64,000 bases of DNA. It comes from an uncultured candidate division Zixibacteria bacterium. GTDB taxonomy: Bacteria; Zixibacteria; MSB-5A5; RBG-16-43-9. This document shows, piece by piece, positions 9,904 through 19,019 of this stretch. Each line of letters opens with the position of its first letter. Positions within the stretch are counted from its first letter, which is position 1. The notes beneath the pieces were generated by a model, which had not been told where the DNA came from, ran no database searches, and saw nothing but the letters and a program-made list of their open reading frames with translations. The stretch lies in the NCBI GenBank assembly GCA_963713865.1, contig OY970208.1, positions 651,957 to 715,956 of the forward strand. The letters run 5' to 3'. Both the position numbers and the translations under genes were made by a program.

Positions 9904-11394
9904 TTATTTGATTAACAAAAGTTTTTTACAATCTTTAAAACTGCCTGCCTTTAACTGATAGAAATATATTCCACTCGACACCTCCTTTCCTGAATTGTCC
10001 TTCCCATCCCAGATGATACTGTAACTACCTGGGGATTTATCTTCATCTACCAATGTCTTAACCAACTGCCCCTGAATATTATAAATCTTTAAGGTGATGT
10101 GGATGGGCCTCATAGCTCCAAGCTCCAAGCTACCAGCTTGGAAGGGTATGGTGGTGGAGAGGTTGAATGGATTGGGATAGTTTTGACCCAAAGCAAAAAT
10201 AGAGGGTAATTGCTGTGCTTCATCTTCAACCGCTGTATATGGATTCTTATAAATATAAACCCTGCCTGGTGGATAGGATGGGTTATTATACCACCAACCA
10301 GGGTCTCCTACAATTGCTTCATCCACTCCATCCCCATTAATATCTACCGCTCCTACCTGATCGCCGTATGCACCTACCTCATAATCACGATAGTGCCAAT
10401 CCTCTATTGTATCTAAGGGATTACCACCTAAATAAATTACTGCATCACCACCAACTATAGAGCCAGAGCCCCATAGATAATCCTCATATCCATCTTTATT
10501 AAAATTACCAATGACATTAGAGCGACCCCTTGTAAAAAGAGGTGAGTCCATTACTGAATCTATGGTAACTCCTCCAAAATAAGTTCCTTTATCTGTTATC
10601 AAATCCATATAACCATCTCCATTCATATCTCCTAATATAACATCCCCCCCCCTCAACTTCAATCCGGGAATTGTATCTAACTGCACTCCACCGAAATAAA
10701 TATAGGTAGAGTCATCAGGATAATGCTCGCTGGTGGAAACTGCCAAATCTCCATAACCATCCCCATTCATATCCCCTATGGCTAACCCGTCAAAACCAAA
10801 ATAATTCGGAGGTCCCTGTAAAACATAAGCAGGTGAGGTTGACATATCTGCCCCACCCAAATATACGTACACCCAGGTAGGACTTCCATGGATAGCAACA
10901 TCATCATAACCATCCTTGTTAATATCACCCGTAGCAATATTATCTTCAAAATAAGGGGTTGCCAGAATTTTGTCTGGAACTGTATCAAAAGGAGTACCCC
11001 CATAATAAATCCAAACCGCTGAAAATGAAAATGGAGCTACAAGCAAATCTTCAATACTATCCCCATTCACATCACCGGAAGATATATATACAGATGAAAA
11101 AGGAAACACTATATCCGGGATGGTATCAAAGTTTTTTGAACCAAAATATAGAAAGGTCCTACCCACTTGCCCAATACCTAAATCTTCGAATCCATCTTTA
11201 TTTATATCACCTATTCCAGCTAGAATATAACCAAAGTAAAGGTTGTCAGTCGCCCCCTGCATTGTAGCTATCAGTTGCATATCAAATTGGGCAAAAGCAG
11301 GGCTACAAAAAACTAAGCAAAAAAGCAAAAGAGTTAAAAATTCTTTTTTCTCTAACATTTCTACCATTTTCACTTTTTTAAAGATTGACCTCAT
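9904..11394 (-). CDS. FG-GAP repeat protein with T9SS C-terminal sorting domain (tandem paralog of 8366..9883)
   Basis: 496 aa; same architecture; central 385 bp identical to the neighbouring gene. Confidence 0.8.
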   Translation of the reverse strand: MRSIFKKVKMVEMLEKKEFLTLLLFCLVFCSPAFAQFDMQLIATMQGATDNLYFGYILAGIGDINKDGFEDLGIGQVGRTFLYFGSKNFDTIPDIVFPFSSVYISSGDVNGDSIEDLLVAPFSFSAVWIYYGGTPFDTVPDKILATPYFEDNIATGDINKDGYDDVAIHGSPTWVYVYLGGADMSTSPAYVLQGPPNYFGFDGLAIGDMNGDGYGDLAVSTSEHYPDDSTYIYFGGVQLDTIPGLKLRGGDVILGDMNGDGYMDLITDKGTYFGGVTIDSVMDSPLFTRGRSNVIGNFNKDGYEDYLWGSGSIVGGDAVIYLGGNPLDTIEDWHYRDYEVGAYGDQVGAVDINGDGVDEAIVGDPGWWYNNPSYPPGRVYIYKNPYTAVEDEAQQLPSIFALGQNYPNPFNLSTTIPFQAGSLELGAMRPIHITLKIYNIQGQLVKTLVDEDKSPGSYSIIWDGKDNSGKEVSSGIYFYQLKAGSFKDCKKLLLIK

Positions 11395-11422
11395 TCTTAC
11401 AATACATTATCCTCTTAAAAAA

Positions 11423-12115
11423 TCAAGAGATTTTTTCAATGAGGACAAAAATTCTTTTTAAACTAATTTCCGGTATTTCAAAAAATTTTACATCCTTAAT
11501 CTGCAATTTCAGGTTTTCAAATCCCTCCAGAAGCTCTATTATTTCAGTTTTATAGGAGCTCCCCTTATAAGCCACTAAAATCCCTCCTTGCTTTAGAAAA
11601 GGGTAAGAATTATTGATTGTGTCTTTCACTTTCCCGAAAGCTTTGGCAGTAACAAAATCAAAACTCTCTTTGAATCCCTGTAACTCCGGCAAATTTTCAA
11701 TCCTTTCTTGAAAAACGGTTATATCTTTCAAGCCCAAAAACTCGATCATCTTTTTCAGGAATAAAGTCTTTTTACGGATAGACTCAACCAGTGTAATATC
11801 TAAATCCTCTCTTAAGATTTTCATTGGAATTGCAGGAAATCCTGCGCCTGAGCCTAAATCCATGATTTTTGAGCTTTGCGGAATCTGGAGAGCTTTAAAG
11901 ATTAAAAGTGAATCAAAAAAATGTCTGTAGATATCCTCTGGCTTATCTTTTTTTCTGGAGATTAGGTTAATTTTTTTATTCCAGGAGGAAAGCTCATTCA
12001 GATACAGGTTAAATTTTTCTTGAGATTTTAAAGAAAGATTTATATCAAGGTAGGTTTTTAAAAGCTTTTTAAATTCTTCCATAGAAATATTATCAGTATG
12101 TTTCACGTGAAACAT
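11423..12115 (-). CDS. rsmG: 16S rRNA (guanine527-N7)-methyltransferase RsmG
   Basis: 230 aa; SAM motif DLGSGAGFPAIP; position downstream of mnmG. The true start is probably the internal Met at ~12082, because the first 6 codons are formed by an upstream palindrome. Confidence 0.85.
   Translation of the reverse strand: MFHVKHTDNISMEEFKKLLKTYLDINLSLKSQEKFNLYLNELSSWNKKINLISRKKDKPEDIYRHFFDSLLIFKALQIPQSSKIMDLGSGAGFPAIPMKILREDLDITLVESIRKKTLFLKKMIEFLGLKDITVFQERIENLPELQGFKESFDFVTAKAFGKVKDTINNSYPFLKQGGILVAYKGSSYKTEIIELLEGFENLKLQIKDVKFFEIPEISLKRIFVLIEKIS
12098..12115. promoter_or_regulatory. perfect palindrome aTGTTTCACGTGAAACAt upstream of rsmG (candidate operator)
   Basis: identical 16-bp core also at 14026-14041, upstream of mnmG. 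Confidence 0.45.
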
Positions 12116-12121
12116 TCCCCT

Positions 12122-14014
12122 TTAAGCAGGTGTATCTTTAGAAAATACACCGCTTTTGGAAATAAACTGTTTCAGATAGACCATAAGAACGGCAATATCT
12201 CCTGGAGATACTCCTGAGATCCTCGATGCCTGTCCGATAGATCTGGGTTTTATTCTCATTAATTTTTCTTTTGCCTCCCTTTTAAAACCTTTGAGATTGG
12301 TATAATCGAACTCATCCGGGATGACCATATTCTCTAACTTCTTGTATTTCTCTATCTCCTTTAGTTCCCTTTGAATATAACCGTCATATTTTATTTCTAT
12401 CTCCACTTTTTCTTTTACGATTTCCGGGAGTTCCTGAGGAACCTGGTCAATCTTAGCTAAATCTTCATAAGTTATCTCTGGCATTTTCAGAGCATAGGCT
12501 AAAGAGACCCTTTTCCCGTTTTTCTCTTCTTCTAAGAACTTGCCAAATGAGTTTAAAGGTACAAAAACCTGCTTCAATCTTTCCTTTTCCTCTTCAATTA
12601 TTTTCTTATTTTCTTTAAATTCCTTGTATGCCTCATCTGAAATCAGATTATATTTATGACCATAATTTATAAGTCTATCATCCGCATTATCTTCTCTTAA
12701 AATTAATCTGTGCTCCGCCCTGGAAGTGAACATTCTGTAAGGCTCAGAAGTTCCTTTGGTAACCAGATCATCAATCAAAACACCGATATACGCTTGACTC
12801 CGATCTAAGATAAATGGCTTCTCTTTTCTTAATTTAAGAACAGCATTTATCCCTGCAATAATCCCCTGTGCACCTGCTTCTTCATACCCTGAGGTTCCAT
12901 TTATCTGGCCGGCAAAGAAAAGGTTCTCAACTAATTTCGTCTCCAAATTTGGCTTGAGCTGAGTTGGAGAGAAGAAATCATACTCAATCGCATATCCGGG
13001 TCTGGTCATCTCCACCTTTTCCAAACCGTGGACTGTTCTTAAAGCTTTTAGCTGAACATCTTCAGGCAAAGATGTGGCAAATCCATTAACATAATACTCT
13101 GTAGTATTATCACCTTCCGGCTCTAAGAAAAGCTGATGCCTGACCTTTTCTTTAAATTTCACCACTTTATCTTCAATTGAAGGGCAATATCTGGGACCTA
13201 CCCCTTTTATTACACCGCTAAAAAGAGGTGAGCGGTCCAGGTTCTTTAAAATGAATTTATGCGTAAGTTCATTTGTATAAGTCAGATAACAGGGATAATC
13301 CTTATGCTCTAAGCTTTTTGTTCTCATGGAGAAAGGTTTGATATTATTATCCCCTAACTGAGGAATAGTTTTGGAGAAATCAACTGTTTTACCGTCAATT
13401 CTCGGAGGGGTTCCGGTCTTAAGTCTGCCAATCTCAAAGCCAATCTCCTTAAGTTTATCTGAAACTTTTAAAGAAGGGAATTCACCAGCCCTTCCGGCAG
13501 GGAAGTTTACTAACCCAATATGAATTAACCCATTAAGAAAAGTCCCTGCAGTTAATATGACCGCATCTCCAAAATAAATAGTCCCAACTGATGATAAAAC
13601 ACCCCTAACTTTATTATTCTCTATAATAATCTCCTCAATATTCCCCTGTTTTAAAACCAGATTCCTTTGATTTTCTAAGGAGTTCCTCATAGCCATCTTA
13701 TAAGCCACCCTATCACACTGAGCCCTTGAGGACCAGACCGCTGGACCTTTTTTCTTGTTCAGGGTCTTGAACTGGATATAGGTTTTGTCTGTTACATACC
13801 CCATTTCTCCGCCAAGGGCATCGATCTCCCGGACTAAATGCCCCTTTGCCTGCCCTCCAATAGCAGGATTACAGGACATCTGGGCAATAGTCTCTTTATT
13901 CATAGTCAAAAGCAAAGTCTTACACCCCATCCGGGCAGATGCTAAAGCGGCCTCACACCCCGCATGCCCTGCGCCGATGACTATAACTTCAAATCTTTCT
14001 TCGTATTCAATCAT
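12122..14014 (-). CDS. mnmG: tRNA uridine-5-carboxymethylaminomethyl modification enzyme MnmG (GidA)
   Basis: 630 aa; FAD motif VIVIGAGHAGCEAA; full-length MnmG similarity. Confidence 0.95.
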   Translation of the reverse strand: MIEYEERFEVIVIGAGHAGCEAALASARMGCKTLLLTMNKETIAQMSCNPAIGGQAKGHLVREIDALGGEMGYVTDKTYIQFKTLNKKKGPAVWSSRAQCDRVAYKMAMRNSLENQRNLVLKQGNIEEIIIENNKVRGVLSSVGTIYFGDAVILTAGTFLNGLIHIGLVNFPAGRAGEFPSLKVSDKLKEIGFEIGRLKTGTPPRIDGKTVDFSKTIPQLGDNNIKPFSMRTKSLEHKDYPCYLTYTNELTHKFILKNLDRSPLFSGVIKGVGPRYCPSIEDKVVKFKEKVRHQLFLEPEGDNTTEYYVNGFATSLPEDVQLKALRTVHGLEKVEMTRPGYAIEYDFFSPTQLKPNLETKLVENLFFAGQINGTSGYEEAGAQGIIAGINAVLKLRKEKPFILDRSQAYIGVLIDDLVTKGTSEPYRMFTSRAEHRLILREDNADDRLINYGHKYNLISDEAYKEFKENKKIIEEEKERLKQVFVPLNSFGKFLEEEKNGKRVSLAYALKMPEITYEDLAKIDQVPQELPEIVKEKVEIEIKYDGYIQRELKEIEKYKKLENMVIPDEFDYTNLKGFKREAKEKLMRIKPRSIGQASRISGVSPGDIAVLMVYLKQFISKSGVFSKDTPA

Positions 14015-14025
14015 GGTTACATAAA

Positions 14026-14041
14026 ATGTTTCACGTGAAAC
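14026..14041. promoter_or_regulatory. perfect palindrome TGTTTCACGTGAAAC 12 nt upstream of the mnmG start (candidate operator)
   Basis: same sequence as 12098-12115. Confidence 0.45.
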
Positions 14042-14425
14042 TTATTGTCAAGGGAATAATTACCTAACAAACAATTAAATAATCATACTTGTTGGGTAAC
14101 TTTGAATGAACAAGTCTTATAACTCATCCAGGCAGATGCAAAACCGCTTAGCGCCAGCGATACCCTGCTGGCAAATGAGGCGGCAATTGACAATCAGGTT
14201 TATCCTCTTGCTGGCGTCCGGCTGATGCGCTGGTTGGGCGCTTTGCAACTATCTATATGGTACTCTATTGATATGTTTATTTAGCGGACGCTAAATATTT
14301 CCCGGGTTCGTTATTTCCCATATCACTTCCACCCCCCCTTACTTTCAGAATATTCTCAAACTATATTTTTGTTTACTTTGGGCAGCTTCAATAACTCTTT
14401 ACGATTTATTCTCATCTTACTTTTT

Positions 14426-14800
14426 TTACCTGTCCTTAGTTCCGGCTGCAGGAATCTTCCTCAGCTTCATGATAAGGGATAAAATACCCAGTCCTATTAG
14501 CAGAGCGATGATGCCATAAACCCACCAGGGGATGTTCCGCCCAAAGAAGATCACATAGATAAAGGGCGCTACGGTAGCGCATAGAAAGATTGCGGTCCAG
14601 AGTATGACTTTTTTCCAGAGCTTTTTGGTGAGGGATTGAATGGTGCGAAATAATGAATAGTAGAATACCGGCGCACAAACCAGGTAAATAATCAGGAATA
14701 CAACCGGATTGACACCATAATCATCACGAGCCATCTGTAATAGTTCCTCTATCTTTGATATTACATAATCTAACATCCTCTGATATCTCCATTCATTCAA
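14426..14800 (-). CDS. hypothetical small membrane protein
   Basis: 124 aa; three predicted TM helices; inside the inserted region. Confidence 0.45.
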   Translation of the reverse strand: MNEWRYQRMLDYVISKIEELLQMARDDYGVNPVVFLIIYLVCAPVFYYSLFRTIQSLTKKLWKKVILWTAIFLCATVAPFIYVIFFGRNIPWWVYGIIALLIGLGILSLIMKLRKIPAAGTKDR

Positions 14801-14931
14801 TAATACAAGTGTTTAGCACCCAACTGACCCGCTTCACCTACCCGAAGGGTGGTCGGATGCAACCACTTGTTGGGCATCGGCAAGACATCACATCTATCCT
14901 GATTCGTCTCAAAGTCTAATCAGCCTAACTT

Positions 14932-15108
14932 CTCGACAATAAAAAGAAAGTCCACCCGATGCGCCCAGGGAAACCCGAGCGTAACGTTCGGGAATATTGA
15001 GATGACTTCACCCTCCAGGCCGTTCAGGAATTGCTCTAATTTGTTCTGGTCGCTTGTCATCCTGATATCGAACCGGTGCACCCTGTATTTCATCATCCTG
15101 ACTCCTTT
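14932..15108 (-). CDS. hypothetical 58-aa protein (Cse60-like small protein?) not in the ORF track
   Basis: ATG..TGA frame read manually from the sequence: MMKYRVHRFDIRMTSDQNKLEQFLNGLEGEVISIFPNV...; weak resemblance to the Cse60/DUF2758 small-protein family. Confidence 0.3.
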
Positions 15109-15144
15109 TTAAATAATTTACTATCTGTTTATACTACTACCAAG

Positions 15145-15675
15145 TTATGTACCTAACGAGATGCGCTGTATTGTTTTCACTGTATCATTTTCATAATTCG
15201 CCACGTCGAGTATCGCAATGCGTCCTGCTATCGCAAACTCCTCCTTGTTCCAACTTTCAGCCATTTCGATGCACTTTAGCGGGTCTTTTGAGTTCCCTAT
15301 TCCCATATGCGGAACAAAGTTGGCAAAGAGCGCACGATGTGGAAATAGCTTATCAGCGTATAGTTTGTCGTGGAGCTTTACGATTTTGCTGTACCCTTCA
15401 TCTGGCACCAGAAAAGTGTGATAATTATCGTTGAAGGAATCTTTATTGAGAACAGCACAGCGCAGGCAGAACTCAAATGGTCGAACTCCTTGCACTTGCT
15501 TCACGATTTCCGAGATAAAAGGTTTGGCTTCCCAACCTTTACGTATAGGAAATACAAGCGCAAAATGTGGCTCGACCACATGGTAATATAACTCGTCATT
15601 ACGTTTTCGGAATTCCTGTATCCGCTCATAATCGCTTTTTTTAATTTCTGGATACGCAAGCACTAATAGTGCCAT
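15145..15675 (-). CDS. hypothetical protein (weak 2H-phosphoesterase-like features)
   Basis: 176 aa; higher GC than its surroundings; no firm motif match. Confidence 0.45.
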   Translation of the reverse strand: MALLVLAYPEIKKSDYERIQEFRKRNDELYYHVVEPHFALVFPIRKGWEAKPFISEIVKQVQGVRPFEFCLRCAVLNKDSFNDNYHTFLVPDEGYSKIVKLHDKLYADKLFPHRALFANFVPHMGIGNSKDPLKCIEMAESWNKEEFAIAGRIAILDVANYENDTVKTIQRISLGT

Positions 15676-15984
15676 AGCTATTACTCCCCATTATGAAAGT
15701 TGATTTGAAAACTTTCTTGCATTTCGCTGCCTAACGCCATTGTTGGCCACTTTTCTTTTCACGGCTTTCTTGATAAATCGAGCCTCTTTTTCTCCCTCTT
15801 CATTCCGAATCTGGATCCTGTGGACCGGAAGGAGCCAGAGGTGCTCCTCCATCGTCTCAAACCAGTCTGGCATGTTTCGGTTCCTATATGGTCAACTATG
15901 CGGATGAACCGCTCCGGTGAGACCGTCCGCGCTTTATACGGGTCGGCCGAAACCGGTTGGTAGGTAAAAACCGTTAAATGGACA

Positions 15985-16323
15985 TCAATTTTCTGATTTG
16001 GAACGTCTCCCAAACCAATAACCCAATAAGGGACCAACTAAGCTCACCATTACTTCAGTATTGATGAAATTAAAAATGCGCAAGGAGACAATTCCGGCAA
16101 AAATTATTAAGGCAAATAAATATGCGGCCCATAAAGATTGAATACGATACGAATGATTCCTGGGTACGTTACTGGAATGAGCCTCTATAAAGGTCTTAAT
16201 AGAAGTTCGAATTTCCTTACTATTCAGAAGGTCAGCGATAGCTAACCAAGCTTCATCAGAAGGAGGAATTTCTTCATTAGGTTCTTTTTCAATTGGTTCT
16301 TGTTTCTCATCATCTTTGTTCAT
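15985..16323 (-). CDS. hypothetical protein with C-terminal TM helices; preceded by conserved leader module A1
   Basis: 112 aa; start overlapped by the upstream small ORF 16310..16411. Confidence 0.5.
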   Translation of the reverse strand: MNKDDEKQEPIEKEPNEEIPPSDEAWLAIADLLNSKEIRTSIKTFIEAHSSNVPRNHSYRIQSLWAAYLFALIIFAGIVSLRIFNFINTEVMVSLVGPLLGYWFGRRSKSEN

Positions 16324-16425
16324 ATCGAATCTCCTCCAAGTTTTTTTTATAGAGGCCTAACATGGGTTTATCTATACTAATTAAATTGCGATCGTTGGCT
16401 TTCTCAACCATATAAACCTCCTTTA
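16324..16425 (-). promoter_or_regulatory. conserved leader module A1 (SD plus 33-codon small ORF 16310..16411 overlapping the downstream start)
   Basis: aaggaggtttatATGgttgagaaagccaacgatcgcaatttaattagtatagataaacccatgtta…; homologous to the modules at 17873-17962 and 20295-20380. Confidence 0.7.
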
Positions 16426-16435
16426 TTTGTATCTT

Positions 16436-16500
16436 CTATTTCCCTATACAAGACTCCGAAAAAATCTTGTCCAGGATATCTTCAGTACAACTTTCCCTAA
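16436..16500 (-). other. duplicated fragment of the mnmE 3' end (last ~20 codons plus stop), ~5.3 kb from the intact mnmE
   Basis: The reverse complement encodes GKVVTEDILDKIFSESCIGK*, versus the intact MnmE C-terminus GKVVTEDILNKIFSEFCIGK* at 21745-21810. Nucleotide identity is roughly 88% over ~65 bp, by manual alignment. Confidence 0.75.
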
Positions 16501-16590
16501 ATCTGCAAGAGCCGAGCCGTTTTACGTTGTTATGTGATGAAACCGGTAGTTTTTCTTTATTCATAAAACCTATAAGCTCTAATGCAGAGG
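16500..16590. repeat. repeat module B1 (~93% identical to 17968-18060)
   Basis: aatctgcaagagccgagccgtttt.acg.tgttatgtgatgaaa.cggtagtttttct.cattcataaaacctataagctctaa in both copies. Confidence 0.8.
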
Positions 16591-16677
16591 TAAGCGGCGG
16601 GCGAGTTATAGTCTTCCAGAAAAATCAAACCATGTTCAACGCCCGTCCGCTTGACCGAATTGTTCGGCAATTTCCGT

Positions 16678-17121
16678 CTATCTCCATAGGTAGCCTGCCT
16701 CCTTTGCTTTGGCTACCAAGCTGGAATACGACTCAACCTCAATAAATGGCGCCCACTGACCATACTTCTTTTCTAATGAACCATCTTGGTGTTTAACGAT
16801 GTGCCAATAAGGTAACCAAACTGATGAAGAACCCTTATCAATTGACTCGACGATAACCAAGAATGGATAAAATTCGACCTTGCCACCATTTCCGTTCGAC
16901 CAACTTACGATCTGATCAGGGAGAAAGGCTGTCAAAACCCTACAGTGATGCTGACCAGCACCCAAACCAAAATTGAAAGTAAGTTCAATGCTCATGGGCA
17001 ACGCGCACGATTCGCATGCGTGCCCTTGGCCATTGGCATGATCATGGAGAGCAACAAATAGATTTGCTATCCAGGTTTTCTTATGACACGCCCCACAGAC
17101 ATAATATCTCTGCGTTGCCAT
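16678..17121 (-). CDS. hypothetical protein with N-terminal CxxC...CxxC zinc-ribbon-like motif
   Basis: 147 aa; CGAC...CESC cysteine pairs. Confidence 0.5.
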   Translation of the reverse strand: MATQRYYVCGACHKKTWIANLFVALHDHANGQGHACESCALPMSIELTFNFGLGAGQHHCRVLTAFLPDQIVSWSNGNGGKVEFYPFLVIVESIDKGSSSVWLPYWHIVKHQDGSLEKKYGQWAPFIEVESYSSLVAKAKEAGYLWR

Positions 17122-17224
17122 CTTGGATTCCTACTTGTGTGTGGCCCAACGCGGTGTTAATCTGCGAGGTGAACTTTTAGCCCAATTTGAAGTCCTCCAG
17201 TACAGAGTTAGCTTGAACACGTTG

Positions 17225-17872
17225 TTAGCCATTTTTTATTCTGTTAAGCAATTCTTTACAATATGAGGTTTTATATGATATTAAACCCAATTTTCCCCTT
17301 AATTTGTTTGCAGAAATATTTCGTTGTTTTGATAATATTTCTTTTGCCTGAATTTCATAATAACTCTCTTTTAATAATCCAAAATGCCATAAAAGCCTAA
17401 TAAGGGATAAAACATCATCCTTCGGGTCTATTTTTGGATCTTTGCCGATATATAGGATTAAGCCGTCAAGTACTTTAGATTCCAATAACTCGCCTTCAAT
17501 AACAGTTACATCTTTTGGAATTTTATTTTTAATTCGATCAGCAATATTAATTCCAAAAATTGTCTGAATAACTTTTTTGTCTTTCCAACGTTCTTTTGCC
17601 AATTTTCTTGATTCTTTAATTTGTTTTAAAATTCTATCTAGCGATTTATTATGAAATGTACTGTTAATATTGGATTTGCATTCACAAATATTAACCTTTT
17701 TCGGATCTTCCGGATCAATTGCGATTAAATCAAAATCAGTAGTAGCTGTAGATGGACTATATTTTGTTATTTTCTTTCGGTCATATCTAATGGGCAAATT
17801 TTCAATTACAAAAGCACCATTCAATCTTTCCATCCATAATCTACAAATTCGCTCAAACGGATGATAGGCCAT
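17225..17872 (-). CDS. hypothetical protein with PD-(D/E)xK nuclease-like motif
   Basis: 215 aa; DFDLIAID ... ICECK fits the hhhD-x(n)-ExK pattern; very AT-rich and Lys-rich; preceded by leader module A2. Confidence 0.55.
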   Translation of the reverse strand: MAYHPFERICRLWMERLNGAFVIENLPIRYDRKKITKYSPSTATTDFDLIAIDPEDPKKVNICECKSNINSTFHNKSLDRILKQIKESRKLAKERWKDKKVIQTIFGINIADRIKNKIPKDVTVIEGELLESKVLDGLILYIGKDPKIDPKDDVLSLIRLLWHFGLLKESYYEIQAKEILSKQRNISANKLRGKLGLISYKTSYCKELLNRIKNG

Positions 17873-17962
17873 TTTTAATATCCTCTTTTCATAGCCAACA
17901 TAGGTTTATCTGTTCTAATTAAATTGCGACCACTGTCTTTCTTGACCTTATAAGCCTCCCAC
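17873..17962 (-). promoter_or_regulatory. conserved leader module A2 (same element; the small-ORF start codon is mutated ATG->AAG)
   Basis: gggaggcttatAAGgtcaagaaagacagtggtcgcaatttaattagaacagataaacctatgttggct…. Confidence 0.65.
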
Positions 17963-17967
17963 AAACT

Positions 17968-18060
17968 TACTCACAATCTGCAAGAGCCGAGCCGTTTATA
18001 CGCTGTTATGTGATGAAATCGGTAGTTTTTCTTCATTCATAAAACCTATAAGCTCTAACG
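17968..18060. repeat. repeat module B2
   Basis: see B1; lies immediately upstream (in gene orientation) of leader module A2. Confidence 0.8.
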
Positions 18061-18184
18061 GGATTTTCACCGATCAAACCGCAAAGAGATACTTCCCTGA
18101 AAATTGTGATGGACCGAACTCTCAAAATTAGAAAAAGTAGTGCGCGGTTCGATCAGCGTGCAAAATTGGGTTATGGCTATTAAC

Positions 18185-19000
18185 CTACATATCTTTTTTC
18201 TCTATATTATTCCCATGATAATGAGTTATTGATAGAACTTGACGCAATACACTTAATGGTTCATTAGGAATAGGCATTGGTATTAGAATTTTATCAATAG
18301 GATACTGAAAAGGTGATAATATTTTACTAACCATAGTGAGAAGACCAATGATATCTGGTTCTACAGGGTGAAAGGGTATAGCTAATAATTTCCAATGATA
18401 CGTATCACGTTTTGCTCGAATGAACGCTGATCCATATGCATTAACAAAGGGTAATAATACAGTCATTAATTGTTTCTCAACAATTTTCTTACTTTTTATA
18501 GCTCCTTGAAGTGAATCAAATAGATCTATAAAGTTATCTACGGGAATCGATAATATGCCCAGTCTCTTACCCCGAAATTCATCGATATGAGAACGCCAAG
18601 GTATAAGTTGCTCTTGATACTGGGAACCTAGCTGCAAAGCTTCAATCATTGGATATATCATTTGTGCAGAATTAAATTTTTGGTTAAGAAATATAAATTC
18701 ATCAAATGATATTCCAGATAAGGAAAACATAACTGAACAATACGGTGATTCCGCAAGTCTATAAGCATGTCCAGCTATTTCAAAAGATTCTTGTGATCCT
18801 GTTAGGTCAGAGAGCAGTAGAGAGTGAGCAGCAGAACGCCTGAAATATGTGGCAGCAATAAATGCTAAAGAAATGCGATTTTGAATGGTTTCTTCTTTCT
18901 TGGCATGTGTAAAATAGGTATGTCCAATCTCACTATAAACATTACCAAGACGCATAACACGTTCCGAGTCAAGCTCAGCTAGAAATTCATATTTAATCAT
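18185..19000 (-). CDS. hypothetical protein (partner of 19020..19664)
   Basis: 271 aa; 19-nt spacing from the upstream gene suggests a two-gene operon. Confidence 0.5.
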   Translation of the reverse strand: MIKYEFLAELDSERVMRLGNVYSEIGHTYFTHAKKEETIQNRISLAFIAATYFRRSAAHSLLLSDLTGSQESFEIAGHAYRLAESPYCSVMFSLSGISFDEFIFLNQKFNSAQMIYPMIEALQLGSQYQEQLIPWRSHIDEFRGKRLGILSIPVDNFIDLFDSLQGAIKSKKIVEKQLMTVLLPFVNAYGSAFIRAKRDTYHWKLLAIPFHPVEPDIIGLLTMVSKILSPFQYPIDKILIPMPIPNEPLSVLRQVLSITHYHGNNIEKKDM

Positions 19001-19019
19001 TGATGTTTCCTCGTTGAAA

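Noticed and set aside
15691-16037. Overlapping 60-aa and 92-aa minus-strand ORFs
   Set aside because: They are mutually overlapping in different frames in a GC-richer stretch, and neither has a recognisable RBS or motif. I left them uncalled. One of them could be a real small protein.
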